The notes under the pieces are model-generated. The model saw only the letters and a list, made by a program, of their open reading frames with translations. It had not been told where the DNA came from and did no database searches. A stretch of DNA of 64,000 bases from Anthoceros angustus. Lineage: Eukaryota; Plantae; Anthocerotophyta. Positions 62,053-64,000 of the stretch are shown in pieces. Numbering within the stretch: the stretch's first letter is position 1; each line of letters opens with the position of its first letter. The translations under genes were made by a program, and so were the position numbers. The DNA is taken from assembly GCA_010909165.1 (NCBI GenBank), contig MU008219.1:62001-126000 (forward strand), read 5' to 3'.

Positions 62053-64000
62053 AGTTGTCGTTTGAACCCTGGTTTGCCCCTAGGCCACTGAGCTCTGTTG
62101 CATATGAACTGGCTTGATGTTCTGTAACTTCTAAAATGACAATAGGTAGCAGGTTCGAATGCAGGTCACCCCTCTGCGAGTGCCATTTATCTACCACCGG
62201 ATCACATGAGAATGCACGATTATTGTAACGTCAAATTCTGATCTAAACACAAAATGTAGTCACCAAGCTAGGTGCATACCCCGCTCAGGCCTCTCCCATA
62301 ATCCCAGCTGTGAACTACTTAGTTCATGCTCGGGCGCCACCAACTCAATGGTAGGAGCAGATGATCTAGGCGCTGAAGTCGATTGGACGGGATGGGACTC
62401 CATTCCCGCAGCTTCATCTTCTGCCATGCCGCTAAAATTTTATCACGGGAATTGGACTCACTCTCCACGCTGTGAAGATGAGGGGTTCGATAATCGCGCC
62501 TCGGCCTTGGTCAAGCACTTTTGATCGTCAGCACGATTGCCATCACCACCCATGCGAAGGCGATTTGGCATGGGCTTGATGGTGACGCAATGGCTCCCCT
62601 GCCAAAACATGAAAGTACCCACGCCAAAGGCGTTAGTTGCCAGATGCAACCTGGTTCGGGTTGTTATGGCAACTATTGTCTAGATCTGTCACTTGTACGA
62701 ACTCATGTGTGTGTGTGGGCCACGGACTCTCCCTTTGGGTAGGAAATGAGTTAGGTTTTGTTTTTTTCGTAGGCCCGGAGTAGAAAATAAGGCGGAAAGG
62801 GAGAAATAAGATCGGAGTACTCCCGGACCGTGACCGGAGTAGGGAGGGGCCTGGACCGCCTCTTCAAGAGCACTACCTCCGAGTGGATGGGCTGCATCGC
62901 ACTCGAGCGATCAGTAAGTCCGGACTATACTCCGGATCGGGACCTGGCACGCCAAGTAAAGTAACTTAGGATCTGGGCATTTTAGCGCACGGGCCAGGAC
63001 CTGCTTCTAAGAGGTGAGCAGGCATGCTGGACCAGACCGTGGGGTTGCCGCGGCCGTTAGGCGGTATTCACGCCCGCAAAGGCGCCAACAGGTGGTGGTA
63101 GGTTCCCGGACCCCCCTAACCTCATTGAAGGCCACACTTATCCCACTGCCAGTTCGTGCAGTGAGGTTTCGCTCCCACGAGTGGGGAGCCTTCCTCGCAC
63201 CTGGATGGAGGTGCGCCCGATCGACCTCTCGACTTATCGACTCTCGCGACGCCGCCGAATCGCCCCCATCAAGGCCCTACCCGGGTGACCCACACTAGGT
63301 AAGTCACACTACCCTACGCCGCGATGACTGGCAAGTGCGATCTACGCCGCGAGAGAGGCACCGCTTGAAGCTGCCACCATGGGGACCCCCCAAATCACCG
63401 TGTGTTTTAGCGTTAAGCTTCTCGTGCTTGTGTGCTTTAGCTTAAAGCTTCTTGCGTGTGTGTGCTTGACTGCTTCAATAAGCACTGCTGCCTTAAAGTT
63501 TCTTGTGTGCTGTACATTTAAGCCTCTTGTGCTTGTTGCTCAGCTTATTTTAACAACCGCATGGTAAACTACTTTCTACCACAGCGTTGTTGCATGTCTT
63601 CTTGAAGGAAACCTTGAATTGCGGTGCTAAGTTGATCCAGTATCAGTCGCATACAGTGCTGACAACCATTTACTACTTATATTAGCCTTGAATCAATAAG
63701 CCTCTTGTAGCCATGGGCATAATCGTTTCCCGAATGATTTAACAATCATGAAGCAACACACGAGTGTTTCAAGCGTGCGGCTTGCCTGTCAAAGACTCTG
63801 TTTTAGAGTGGTCACATTGAACAAGTTGCCTCTGAAACACGGAAGGGACAAACTTTATCCCTTTATAGAGATGGGGTTTAATTCAACTTCTTTCTTTATT
63901 AGAATATTGTTTTTTTAGATGGTGTACACTTGATTTACTCTTAGACATGTATTTTCGCATCCCGCGAAAGGCTTGGTCTTGTTCGTATCCCTATTGCTGC

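Noticed and set aside
62105-62170. tRNA or SINE-like A/B boxes (ggttcgaatgc)
   Set aside because: No cloverleaf could be formed and the A box is weak; tRNAscan-SE would be needed.

Overview
Eukaryotic nuclear DNA from a compact-genome land plant with flagellated sperm. Short GT-AG introns, PLS-type PPR relics, an organellar type IA topoisomerase and a ciliary CFAP210-like gene point to a Selaginella-like lycophyte (inference, no database search). Apparently intact genes: a CD36/SCARB-like receptor (5'-truncated by the window, last exon affected by a duplication), bacterial-type topoisomerase IA, two RPL18a/eL20 copies, a CFAP210/CCDC173-like gene, an intronless 801-aa TPR+SET gene, and a tandem pair of ~98-aa Gly/Ala-rich proteins starting MGN. 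The rest is heavily rearranged: mosaic topA/RPL18a/PPR relics, copia RT decay, a TA-flanked Tc1/mariner-type MITE, CACTA ends, a ~860-bp imperfect inverted repeat, a ~7-kb duplicated block holding four further TPR-SET copies or relics, F-box and LRR pseudogenes, and several tandem duplications, some probably assembly artefacts. The most interesting candidate system is the amplified intronless TPR-SET plus small membrane-targeted protein cluster at 32-54 kb, which looks fungal-like.
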